64,000 bases of DNA from a virus (Duplodnaviria; Caudoviricetes), in the IMG/VR virus record IMGVR_UViG_3300028591_000174, positions 13,550 to 77,549 of that record, one strand, 5' to 3'. A model generated the notes under the pieces. It was given only the letters and a program-made list of their open reading frames with translations. It searched no databases and was not told the origin of the DNA. Position 1 is the first letter of the stretch. Each line of letters starts with the position of its first letter. Position numbers and translations under genes: made by a program. Below, in pieces: positions 7,876 through 18,750 of this stretch.

Positions 7876-10800
7876 TCAGGCAACATATTCTGCTGCCAGG
7901 AACTCATCAAGTTCTGCCTGAGTCATCAGATTTGCATTTCTTGAAAGCCATTTGATGTTTTTTCTGCACTGACCCATTTTCTTTGAATTTTTGTACTCTG
8001 GATTAATCCACTTCGCATAATCGTAGTTGTACTCAGTGTCGAAGAGCATATAATTGTCACAATCCATAGGCTCTAAGTCGCGGTTGTTTGTGAAACAATA
8101 CTTTACTTCACCTTTAAGATTGACATAAATAAATGCTCTACCGTCATTCAGAAAGTCACTTGCTTTTATATGCAACTTGAATGGCTTAAAAGTTGCTGGC
8201 TCAATCTTTGCAGATTGTATATGGTCTACCATATCAAAGTTTGTTTCGATAATCGGGATCAAATCATCTTTGTTTATTGTAGAACGGCTACGCATTCTGC
8301 GACTCAGCCACTCAGATGTATAACGAACTCTTGAAACCATGCGTTCTGCAAAATTCCAATCAAAATACCTTGCGGTAATTTTCTTCTGTCCATTTGCCAT
8401 TTCAAAGGCAACGTAGATTTCACTTCTCTGTCCCATAACTAACTCCTTATAAGTCCTTTGTAACTATTGTGATATTCCCACAATTTGCTTAAAGCAATCT
8501 CTTTTGTTGCAACAGTAAAACTTATATAACTTCGCTGAGAAGGCTTTCCAAAAACATAAGACCATTCGCCATTCGGTTCTTCTTTTATAAAACCGATAAT
8601 ACGTCTACCGTCTCTGATAACTTCCATATCAACTCCTTAGATAATGCCGTTTTCCCTAAACTCACGGAGTAATCCGTATCGTTTACCAAGTTTTTCAAAG
8701 TGTGCAGAAAAGTCTGCAAGTTCCGACCAATAATAATTGTGGTTGCAAAAGTCAGCCTGCCAATCAATTGCTTCATTACGAGCCTTTTCTTTTTGTTCTG
8801 CGTATGACATTAGATTCCCCCTAATTCAAAAGCCCAATCTTCGATAGTCGTATCCCAATCGCTTGGAATAGCGTCACCCAACTCTTCGTGAATACGCTCA
8901 ATGATTTCCTCTTTTGTTTCACCACGAGCATTTGTTTCGACTTCTTCCATAGTCAACTCCTTTAACGAGTAAGAAATCTTTTCTCTCGAATATTTCCGTT
9001 ATACTTAAAGAACTTCTGACCAATTGCAAAAGCCCAACCGTTTGAATACTGAGTGAAGTCATCGAATCTATGCCAGACTTCACCTTCTTTCAAGTTATAT
9101 CTTGCCTTATTCAAAGCATTACAGATGAAATCCGCAGATGACTTTGAAACTTCGTGACAAGACGAAGCAGAGTAAAAGAACTCCTGACCGAGAACAGCCT
9201 TTGCAAGTACAACCATAATTACTCCTTTACAACTACTGCATAAGTACCAAAGTGATAGTGTTTCTGAAGTGAAACATCCATCCACATTTCCAATTCTGAG
9301 GGGAAGGTTTTGTCTGACTTGTAGACAACTTCCCCAGTAAGCCAAGATTTAAGAACATAAGTTTTCATTAAGTAATCTCCTTAAACACCTTGCGTGTTTT
9401 AGTAACTGTGTATTCTTCTTCTGTAAGTTTGTGAGTATTGAGATAGTACACGAGTTCATTGCGGATATCGTCACACAGTTCATCAAAACGCTGAACGAGC
9501 TTTACACGCTCACGCAGACCATTAAGACTGTATTCAGACCAATCAACATCAGCGTCGACACTTCGACCAGGATATGCTCTGAAAGTTACAAGCGGTTTTT
9601 TGAGATTTACTCTTGTAGGCTTTCCGCATTTACCGCAAACATTGCCACTTTCTTCAACGGTCTTATAGTTCAACTGATAACATTCAGTGCAGCGTGATTT
9701 ATAACCTAACTCTTCATAAGTTCCACTATACATCACGAGATAGCCACCACTACGACCATTAAATCCGGCTGTATATCCTGTATCTTCTCTGAAACCTTCA
9801 ATCAGCGGCTCAACATAGCAACTAAAGAATTCATCGTCATCACTTGAAATCAAGTCAAAGAACTTGTCAGTCTGTTCTTTGTTGAGATCGAGATTGTAAT
9901 ACTTCACGTTATGTGCATAACTTGTAGAGCCGTTCCAGGAGTTCATTGTCGAATATCTGAAATGATTTTCCAAAAAGTCAGTCATTGCCTTACGGCTACG
10001 CTTATCAACCTTTACACTAAACATAGGCTTACTCCTCATTTACTTCGGGATGCTCGATCTCGATTTCCTTTTCAGAACACATGAAGTAACACTGACTGTC
10101 TTTATAATCTGTGTTACTTACAAGCCAACTTTCGACTTCTTCAGTCTGCCAACCTTTTCTGCGTTCAATCGTGTACATCTTGATTGAGCCAGAAGAGTAA
10201 TCCATAACCGCAACATATACAGTTACCATACAAAACTCCTTGCCGATTATTCGGCTAATAAAAAAGGCTAGGAATTAAACCTAGCCTTAAATCTTGTCTA
10301 TAAACTTTTCTTTGAGATATTGAAACGCCTGTTCACCGTCTAACATTCCCAAACTGCCAACGAAAAGAGCGAATGGAATTGCTTTACGCTCTTCTACACT
10401 CTTACCTCTCAATTCCCAATAAAGTGACCACTTATCATTGAAAGTTGCGTTACCTTGCATATCACAACTACTCATAGTTACTCCTTAAACCGTACCACTT
10501 GTTACACCAACGCTTGAACGTTTCGGGTGTACAAGGATTGCCCCAATTCTGACACTGACGTTCTGTTATCATATGTTCGCTGAAAAGCCAATCCATATGA
10601 CAAGTCCAAGCAAGTTGCATTTCCCAATAATCAGAAAATGGTTTGTTATTTGACACAAACCCTTGAATAGCATCATTTTTATTCATAGCCATAAACTACT
10701 CCTTTAATGTTTCACCGATAAAGTCTTTGAGTAAACTGTCCAATTTACGCATAACTTCTTCCTGAGAATAATCTTTGTAAAGATGTCCATAGATTTCTTT

Positions 10801-13800
10801 TGCCTTGTTTTCGTAAAACTGTATTCTGTCATAATCTGCGAGTTTCCCGAAAGTTCCACGGTCACCCCACATAATCAGAGTATTACCGAATACCAAAGCA
10901 TCGAAATTCCAGCCGTAAACACCGCATGTATAATAATCCGGTGAGTTATAGGCGATAAGATAATTAGGTGAGAAAGTTCCTAAAGTGATAGTTCTACCCT
11001 TGAAACGTTCTCTCAATTCTTTAGCAGATACTCTTACTTTCATTCTTCTTCTCCTGTCCAATAATATTCAGCAGAATAATCACCTCTTGTTCTGCAACCT
11101 TTTTCTTCATACTCATTACGCATTTCTTCTTCGATTCTTTTTTCTGCGTCAAGAACCGCTTTTTCTTTTGTTTCGAAAAATTCTGACTTACAAACAAAAC
11201 TTTCTTCACACCATAATTCGTAATACCACATGATTTACTCCTTACTTAAAACTGTCTTTGCTCTACCTTTGACCATAGTAGACGCTATGAAACGAACCTG
11301 GCCTTTGCAATTTTTGTACCAATCCGAATTCATGTGTCTAAAATAGCCACTTCTGAAATGCGGTCGAACAAATCCATGTTCGAATGTTCTGTGAGCAACT
11401 ATTTTGTCACTCATTTGAATACTTTTTGCACTTGGATTGCGTTTGACTCCGTTAGGCACACCGTCAATAACGCATTCCGGGAATGCCTTAATATAAAAGA
11501 GAAAGTTGCAAACCAAGTTGAAAACCCATTCATCACCTTGATTTACTTTAGGGTCAAAGTCATCTACACAAAGCGTATAATTCATGTTATTTGCTAATAC
11601 TGTTATTGTGTGCTTAGAATTTCTGAGCTTCATGTATACGATTGTGTATGACTCTTTCTGACCGATAACGCCCCAAACTCTTTTACCTAAATACTGCTCG
11701 AATTCGTCATAATTGGAAATCGAACTTTCAATCTCATCAAGGCTTTTAATGAGAATATCAACTTCTTTTTTACGAACATCAGTCTGCTTAAAGAAGTCAA
11801 ATAGACTTTCATCTTTGACGTAATATCTGTTTATGCCGTTTGTTACTTCTTCAGTAACTGCGAGCACTTCAACGAGATACTGCCACTTGTCAGCAGCCTT
11901 GAACGGATTTAATAAAGTAATTGCCATTTCTTCGGGATTGCATCTTCTTAAAAGCATTGCTCTTAGTGCTAATCTCTGCTTTTCTGAAATAGACTCAGAC
12001 GGACATCTTTTACAAACTGCGTGATATGCTTTATTAAATTCATAGACCTGGTTTTGTAATATGTTTTGAAAAGCCATTTTATATCTCCAAAATTCTGTTG
12101 ATTACTTCGGACATTGGTTTTACTGTATAAGTGCAAGTCTTGTATTCCCAATCAATAAGACCAAGTTGAATAAGGTGATTAAGAGCGAGTTTTATTTCAA
12201 AGTTTTCGTGATTTGCATATCTCGACTCAAAATCAATTTCTTCTGCAATTTGTGAATAAGTGCCTGAGAATTTAGTAAGTTGCAGCAAAAGGTCTTTTTC
12301 AAGGTTTGTAAAACTTTCCCACCTTTTCGCAAATTCAAGAATGTCTACCCAATTGCCAATCATTAAATCCATACCGGCTTTGATTTCTCTGATTTCAAAC
12401 ATTACTGCACCTCTCTTACACCGTCATAAAGTTCAATCTTAAAATCATTGCAAGGACGGCCAATACTTCCTTCATAATTAGGAGTTTCCCCATTGAACTT
12501 ATCAAGCCAATGAATATTGATAGTGACATTTTTATCAGATTTCCACTGGCGTTCAGCCTTTCGGATGCCCTTAGTCACAATACTTCTTAAAGACCAATAC
12601 CAAAGTTTAGAACCCTGACAGAGATACACTTCAACAGTAACTTCATCACGACCAACATACTTTTCATCAATGTCAGCATAACCAACAAAGCCATAAAAAC
12701 TTGAATGGAAAACATAAGCCTGCTTTCCATAGCCATTGAATATTGCGTGAATTCCACGCTCTCTTGAGAAATCCAAAATCTGCATAGACTACTCCTTATT
12801 TATTTCTAAAGTTTTCAAGTGGGTAATAATCCGGCACTTCCAAAACAAATGCATCTGTAATACCGTGTGGTATCATCAGACAAACCAACTTTTCAGCTTC
12901 AAATCTGTCATCGAAAAAATGAGCCGACTTTCCTTTATCCCAACCGACACTTCCTTTATCGTGTCCAGTAGGTGTCACATCAGTGAGATAAAGCAACTCA
13001 TTACCATTGAGAATGCGGACAATTGCATATTTGACTTTAACAGTGTCATTCATAATTCCAAAAAGTTCTTTCTTCTTAGCCATAATTTTCTCCTAGTAAA
13101 CAAAGAATGTTACGTCATCTTCTGCCAAACTAGGAACAGAAACCAACTTCAAATAATCCTCGTAAGAGATATACTCCTGGATTTCGTCTGATACTTCGTA
13201 CATAAATTACTCCTTGCCGATAAATTCGACTTTGTACAAAAAATAAAGGTGACCTGAAAATAGATCACCTTAGACTAAACTCATAAACACACGTTTTGCA
13301 ATTTCGTGTGAACTATAGAAATATTGTCGCACCTTGCGACCATCGTCATTGAATATAGTAATGACAGAACCTACCAAAGAAAGCCGATAGTTTTGAAAGT
13401 CAAGATAGTAATGCATAGTTACCCCCTTAAAGATTTACATTCTATCTAAAATCTCAAATCCGTCTAAAAGACGTTTGAACCAACTCTTTCTTTTTGTTAT
13501 ATTGCCGACTGTATAAAATGCACCACCATAGTTCCATGCATCTTTTACAAGTAAACAACCAAAAACCAATACTAACAGAAAAGTAGTGATAATTAACCCA
13601 CCCATAATTTTCCCCCTATAATGCAAAGCGGTTTTTTGAAATCCGATTTGTAGATTTTTGTACAGATAAAGTACGACTTTTGTTTTTCAGTTCTTCAAAA
13701 GCCTTGAACTTTTCAAGAGCCTTCTTTGCATTTTCAACCGCAATATCAAGTTCAATATCCTTGTTCATAATTACATTCCCTCATTCCAGTAGAAGTGTTT

Positions 13801-14583
13801 TTCTTCTCCGACATAGTAAAAATCTTTGCTGAGTTCAAGAGTAGTGTCTTCTTCAGTCTCGACTAAAGCAACTCCAAACTTGCAATCAAAATTCACTCTG
13901 TCACGAACTTCGAATTCAATTTCCTGGCCAGGTTCAAGGTAGAACGAAACACCAGAAAGCCATATTGAAACTTTCATTTTCTGATTTGTGTTGTTACGCA
14001 CTTTCAGATTAGAACCAAATAAAAAAGCCGCCATAAAAGCGGCCATGAAAAGAGAAATTGTTTTTTTCATAGAATCACCAACCTAAATAAATATCATCGA
14101 TATAATCACCATAAAAGCAATCAACCATTTGCAAATAATATTCATTATCAACAAACCAGATGAAAAACCTTACCTTTGCCTTATGACCTTTTCCGTCTTC
14201 TGCTGAAATACGAAAATGCTGATTGTCTACATCAGCGGTATTTTCTACAAAATCAGTTTCAAGATTAAAGGTGTAAGCAGGATAATTGCGTAAAAACAAA
14301 TCAATTAACTGTCGTTCTGAGAATTTGAATTCTCTGTTTTCATAACAAATAGTCATAAATTTTACTCCTTAATATATTATCTTCTTACCCACTTACCGAT
14401 GAATGTTCCGTATTTTGAACCATACCAATCAGCCTCATGGTATAGCGTACCATAATAATCGAAATATCCATCACCAACATAATGACAATGACCGTTTATC
14501 TTAGTCCATTCATTGTGGATTGTCTCCTTGGACACCATACACTCTACGATTACATACTCGTAAGTTCCTTTTCTTATAGCCAT
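7876..14583 (-). CDS. Run of leftward hypothetical early genes (7876-8436, 8439-8627, 8637-8810, 8962-9345, 9368-10039, 10029-10229, 10287-10475, 10468-10692, 10696-11061, 11040-11231, 11235-12077, 12079-12402, 12402-12785, 12796-13083, 13435-13626, 13771-14070, 14075-14356, 14377-14583)
   Basis: Dense minus-strand ORFs with GGAG RBS. 9368-10039 has a CxxC...CxxC zinc ribbon, 13771-14070 a signal-peptide-like N-terminus, 11235-12077 an RPHFRSGYFRH motif. 8637-8810 was read manually. No firm functions. Confidence 0.65.
10260..10288 (-). terminator. Intrinsic terminator
   Basis: AAGGCTAGG / CCTAGCCTT stem, followed by a T-run on the minus strand, downstream of ORF 10287-10475. Confidence 0.7.
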
Positions 14584-14682
14584 AAAAACCTACCTCGCAG
14601 CTTAAAACCGCTTTATAAATTTAAGAAGGGCAAGTCCTGGTAAACTTGCCCTAAAAAGTAATCGGGTTATCAAAAACCCTAA

Positions 14683-14757
14683 AACACTGCCCAGGGCTTG
14701 AACCTGGAGTTATTTGCTAGATAACTTATATGAGATTAATCTCAACCATTACAGTGT
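14683..14757 (-). ncRNA. tRNA-like element (non-canonical cloverleaf, apparent anticodon AGC)
   Basis: 7-bp acceptor ACACUGU/GCAGUGU, T-arm CCAGG-UUCAAGC-CCUGG, arm AGUUAU-CUAGCAA-AUAACU and hairpin UGAGA-UUAA-UCUCA. 75 nt; no variable loop, no encoded CCA. Confidence 0.55.
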
Positions 14758-15806
14758 TATAATGCCCTGCACTTTCGGGCTTGTGCAAAGTTTCCCTTGC
14801 ACCTGGCACATTCCAGACCACTAGAAAATATAGATTGACAACCTATAAATTCCGTTTGGTGTGTCTTAAGTGACTTAAAAGATAGTATCTAACTCTTTGC
14901 ATAACCTACAACTATTAATCGCATATATACTAGGCTTTCCCGATATCAATAGATGACTTTCAAAATGTGGTAAAACTTGCCTTGACTATGAGAAATTCCC
15001 GGCCTGGTGCATATTTCGTGCGTAGTTGCTGCCGTTTAACTTGTGTATATCTAAGAAGTGAGAATGATGATGTAGAATCGTGGTTATTATGAGAGAATAG
15101 ATTTACCCCGATAAAGACAGATAGTTATTCTGTAAAATATCTTTTTCAGTTTCTGTACTTTAGGACAATACGCCATTAGTAAACTTTATTTGATAGTTTT
15201 GGTTACTATCCGCTGAAGTATCAACGTACAAGCGACTACCCAGAAAAGAAACTGACTAACTTTTATTGACAACGAAAACGTGGGTAGATTTTTAAATTTG
15301 TTATATCGTGAAAGAGCTGGCCTATCCTTAATCGGTCAGAGTTGAATTCTAACAGTAACACTATATCTTAAAAGATACTATGCACCAATTGACGCCCATT
15401 TTTAAGCGTTTCCCCTAATCACCCAGTAATGCTACTCTAGTGGAATATAGAAAGCCCTGGGTTTTCAGCGTCGAGCGTATACGAATAACTGGCGGCACAA
15501 AGGGGATTGAAAAATAGAATAGACTGGACTATACTTAGTCCAGTACTTAAAATCTCAGAGTGAATTCTAAATTCCGTAAAATTTCCCCGATTCCCAGAAA
15601 ATCGGAAATTCAAAATGCCTTATCAAAGAACGGTTACAAAAACATTAAAATTACTAGAAATTCCGCATATTCTCGACTAGACCAGGACGGCCCGAGTCAA
15701 TAGGTATGTTTCTATTAATAGTAACGTGCTTAATGCTTTTATATCCGTTCTTAAGGGCTAGACTCTGGGAAAGCCCTTAAGAACGGTATAAAAACACTAA
15801 TTTAAA

Positions 15807-16511
15807 TTAAGCGGATTTTTTCGACTTGCTTTTCTTTGAGACACTACCAACTACACCCAGAGAAGACGCAAGCGACAAGAGAAATGTAGAAACTTGTTTT
15901 TTATCCTCAGCGGATAAAGAGTTACAAAGAGTCGACAAGTCATTAATAGACTTTGTGACGTCGTCGAGTGATACGGCCTTGCTGCTTTCTTTTTTCTCTG
16001 TCTCTTCTCTGAATTTATAAATACCAGACTCACGACACAACTGTACAATGTACACGTTTTTGTCATCTTTGCAATTATTCATTGCAAGCCCGAAATACTT
16101 AGACAAAGTAAGATGATTCTCTTTGAAATAGAATTTTAATGCCTTATCTATTTCTTTCTCAGTTACCAGAAGATTGACAGATTCAATTAATTTTGAATTT
16201 CCCCATTCTACAAAGAGTGTCTTGAATTTCTTTGTATTAAGCATAGACCAACTTTTAGAAGATTCTTTCTCTAAGAATTGACAGAGAAATTCATAGACTT
16301 TCTTTTCTCTCTCTGTCTTCAATTCCATACCAGGATTGACGAAACGACTCGAAAAGAGTTTCCATACCACTTTTTTATTAGTGATTCCATTCAGAGTGTC
16401 GATAATGCTTTGTTCAATAGCATTGAGCTTTACAGTAGATTCTTTCATATTTCTACTTCCTTGCCGCTTTTTGCGACTATTAAGATTTTCACTATAACTT
16501 AGGTATAACAT
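15807..16511 (-). CDS. Hypothetical protein (up to 234 aa), first gene of the leftward transcript
   Basis: Long ORF just downstream of a consensus promoter; start may be internal (MKESTVK). Confidence 0.65.
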   Translation of the reverse strand: MLYLSYSENLNSRKKRQGSRNMKESTVKLNAIEQSIIDTLNGITNKKVVWKLFSSRFVNPGMELKTEREKKVYEFLCQFLEKESSKSWSMLNTKKFKTLFVEWGNSKLIESVNLLVTEKEIDKALKFYFKENHLTLSKYFGLAMNNCKDDKNVYIVQLCRESGIYKFREETEKKESSKAVSLDDVTKSINDLSTLCNSLSAEDKKQVSTFLLSLASSLGVVGSVSKKSKSKKSA

Positions 16512-16554
16512 ACCTTTAAACGTTATAGCCCGAATTCTTTAAATTCTAAGAACG

Positions 16555-16583
16555 ATTATAAAGGATAAACATATTAAAGTCAA
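16555..16583 (-). promoter_or_regulatory. Consensus sigma70-type leftward promoter
   Basis: Minus strand reads TTGACT-N17-TATAAT with an upstream A-tract (UP-element-like). Confidence 0.85.
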
Positions 16584-16811
16584 CTTTTTTTTTTATTTTT
16601 TAATAAAAAAATTTATAGTAATATCCCTAGGGGGGAGTGCAGAAAGACGGAAATCTGCTCCTTATCCCCCTTTTTGATAACAGATTTTTTTCAGGCTGTA
16701 TCATTTTGACCCAGTTAAGGTGAGTAAAATAGACACAGTAATTATAGTAGGAAAATGTAGGATTAAATTGTGGTGGTAAATAGTGGACATTTTGTGTACA
16801 GTGGCTTGAAA

Positions 16812-16893
16812 GTCTAATAGACATTGTGTACAATAGACATTGTAAGTCTAGTAGACATTAAGAGTCTAATAGACATTGTATATTGATAGACAT
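16812..16893 (+). promoter_or_regulatory. Operator-like repeat cluster upstream of the HTH genes
   Basis: TAGACAT five times (16818, 16834, 16852, 16870, 16887). Three lie in palindromes GTCTA-N-TAGAC (16812, 16846, 16864). Confidence 0.7.
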
Positions 16894-16904
16894 AAGGAGA
16901 TTAA

Positions 16905-17294
16905 ATGTTTAATTACAGACCGTTAGCGAAGGTAATGAAGGAGAAAGGTAAGAGTACTGAAGACATTGCAGTTATACTTAATATGTCTTTGGAAGAGGTG
17001 AAGGACAAGCTGAACCATAATCGGAATATAACGATGAGTCAGTTGGATAAACTGTGCAGTTATTTTGAATGTGGTCCTGAAGGAATTATGAGCTGGTCTC
17101 CTGACGGAGACTTAGTGAAGGTAGATTGGGATAAGGTCGCTGCGTTTGGAAAACCGCTTACTCTCTTGAGTGTTGAGTGCGGATTATCAAGGTCTGCTTT
17201 ATCGAATGCGAAGAATAATAACTGCAAGATCAAATCTGAGAATGCGAAAAAGATGGCTGAAGTGTTAGGCTGCAGTCTTGAAAATTTGATGTAG
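16905..17294 (+). CDS. XRE/Cro-C1-type HTH regulator (two HTH-like domains)
   Basis: KSTEDIAVILNMS...ITMSQLDKLCSYFECGPEGI and LSVECGLSRSALSN...KKMAEVLGCSLENL. Confidence 0.85.
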   Translation: MFNYRPLAKVMKEKGKSTEDIAVILNMSLEEVKDKLNHNRNITMSQLDKLCSYFECGPEGIMSWSPDGDLVKVDWDKVAAFGKPLTLLSVECGLSRSALSNAKNNNCKIKSENAKKMAEVLGCSLENLM

Positions 17295-17303
17295 GAGGTA
17301 ATT

Positions 17304-17942
17304 ATGGATATTGATTATGAGAGCGTTATTGATTTTGGTCCTGCAAAGAAATTGATAAAAGACAGAGGGTTAAAGATTAAGTGGCTGGCTGAAAAGACTG
17401 GCCTGTTTCCAAGCAATGTATCACTGATTCTTAAGAATGAAGCGTTTCCTAAAACTGATGTGATTGCGAAGATGTGCTGGGCCTTGAATGTCCGTCCTTC
17501 TGAAATAATCAGTTTTAAGATTGATGCTGATGACAGAAAAAAGATATGGTTTGAGAGTAAAGAACTGCCTTACTTGCCTGAGCCTGGAAGTTCCGGCGAA
17601 CTTACCTACGAACCTCTGAGGCTGATGACTAACATGTATCTCGATTACCTTTACGAAGAGACTGGAAAGGATAAGAGCGTGGATGATCTTCTTGATATGA
17701 TTGAGCCTTACAGAAGGCGTAACGGATTCAATAATGGTCTTGATTATAAGGCCGCATTGGAAAAAAGGTTTGGTAAAGATTATGTACCGAAAAGAAGCCG
17801 GGCCGGTCAGTTTAAGGCAAAAGGACTTACCAATGAAACAAGAACCAAACTCAAGAATGACCGTCCTGTAAATATACGCACTGTATATGACATCTGTAAC
17901 TTTTTCGGCTGTTCTATAGACTGGGTAATGAGCTATAAGTAG
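17304..17942 (+). CDS. XRE/Cro-C1-type HTH regulator (N- and C-terminal HTH-like domains)
   Basis: LKIKWLAEKTGLFPSNVSLI...DVIAKMCWALNVRPSEII and C-terminal RTVYDICNFFGCSIDWVM. Confidence 0.85.
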   Translation: MDIDYESVIDFGPAKKLIKDRGLKIKWLAEKTGLFPSNVSLILKNEAFPKTDVIAKMCWALNVRPSEIISFKIDADDRKKIWFESKELPYLPEPGSSGELTYEPLRLMTNMYLDYLYEETGKDKSVDDLLDMIEPYRRRNGFNNGLDYKAALEKRFGKDYVPKRSRAGQFKAKGLTNETRTKLKNDRPVNIRTVYDICNFFGCSIDWVMSYK

Positions 17943-18016
17943 GCCCTGTAGAAAAAGTCAGTTTCCTGTAAAAACCAAAACATCGTTTTAAATTTTGAAA
18001 AAAAAATTTTTTTCAG

Positions 18017-18038
18017 GCCCTCTTTTGAGGGCTTTTTT
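18017..18038 (+). terminator. Intrinsic terminator after the HTH pair
   Basis: GCCCTC-TTTT-GAGGGC followed by TTTTTT. Confidence 0.75.
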
Positions 18039-18144
18039 ATTGCTTCCTTCCAAGTCATTAAGGTCTCATTTTTCATCTGTTATATTCTAATCGTCCTCTT
18101 TAAGGTTTTGTTTGTTTTCCTTACTGATGGCCTCCTTGATGTGT

Positions 18145-18187
18145 GGAGAGGCAGGAAAAATGAAACTAACCTGCCTCTCCCTTTTTT
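18145..18187 (+). terminator. Terminator-like hairpin just upstream of the late operon
   Basis: 11-bp GGAGAGGCAGG / CCTGCCTCTCC stem followed by CTTTTTT. Confidence 0.55.
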
Positions 18188-18220
18188 AAGCATATCTTTT
18201 TTCTGCCATATCTTATAGGT

Positions 18221-18661
18221 ATGCCAATAATAGCACCAGAAAAAACTTCTAAACATAAACAGTATGTCGGCTCAAAAAAAGCCCTTAATGAGGCTATGTC
18301 TTACGCTGCAAATGAGTTTATCGAGTCTCCTTTAGACGGCTCACAGAAAACCCGATGGCAGGCTGTAGTAGACCGTCTTTACAATACCGCAATATATGCG
18401 GAGTCAGATAAAGATGCTACTTCCGCTGCAAAGGTTATTGCAGAAAGACTCTTTGGCCGTGCACCTGTTCAGAAGCAGGAAAACAAACATGAAATACCTG
18501 CAATCATATTCGCAGAGCGTGGTGATGAACTCGCTCAGATTGCAGAAAAGGCATCTCGTGCAGAGGATGATCCTGATGATTATGAAGGACCAATGAATGT
18601 TGGAATTCAGTTCGAAGACGGTTCTGAAATGATTGTTGAAGCGGAGGATGATGATGATTAG
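18221..18661 (+). CDS. Putative terminase small subunit
   Basis: Position directly upstream of TerL, size 146 aa, helical and acidic; no motif-level proof. Confidence 0.5.
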   Translation: MPIIAPEKTSKHKQYVGSKKALNEAMSYAANEFIESPLDGSQKTRWQAVVDRLYNTAIYAESDKDATSAAKVIAERLFGRAPVQKQENKHEIPAIIFAERGDELAQIAEKASRAEDDPDDYEGPMNVGIQFEDGSEMIVEAEDDDD

Positions 18662-18750
18662 CTTTTTTAAGATACTGATTGCTTACGCTGTATTTATAGT
18701 CATCGCTGTTGTATTCGCAGTCCTCATTGATAAATTCGGGGAGGCAACTG

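Noticed and set aside
14683-14757. Functional tRNA-Ala(AGC)
   Set aside because: No variable loop, atypical D-arm and no G3-U70; kept only as a tRNA-like element.
16600-16690. cos/pac site or genome terminus at the strand switch (A/T runs, CCCTAGGGGGGAG)
   Set aside because: Cannot be supported without read-coverage or terminus data.
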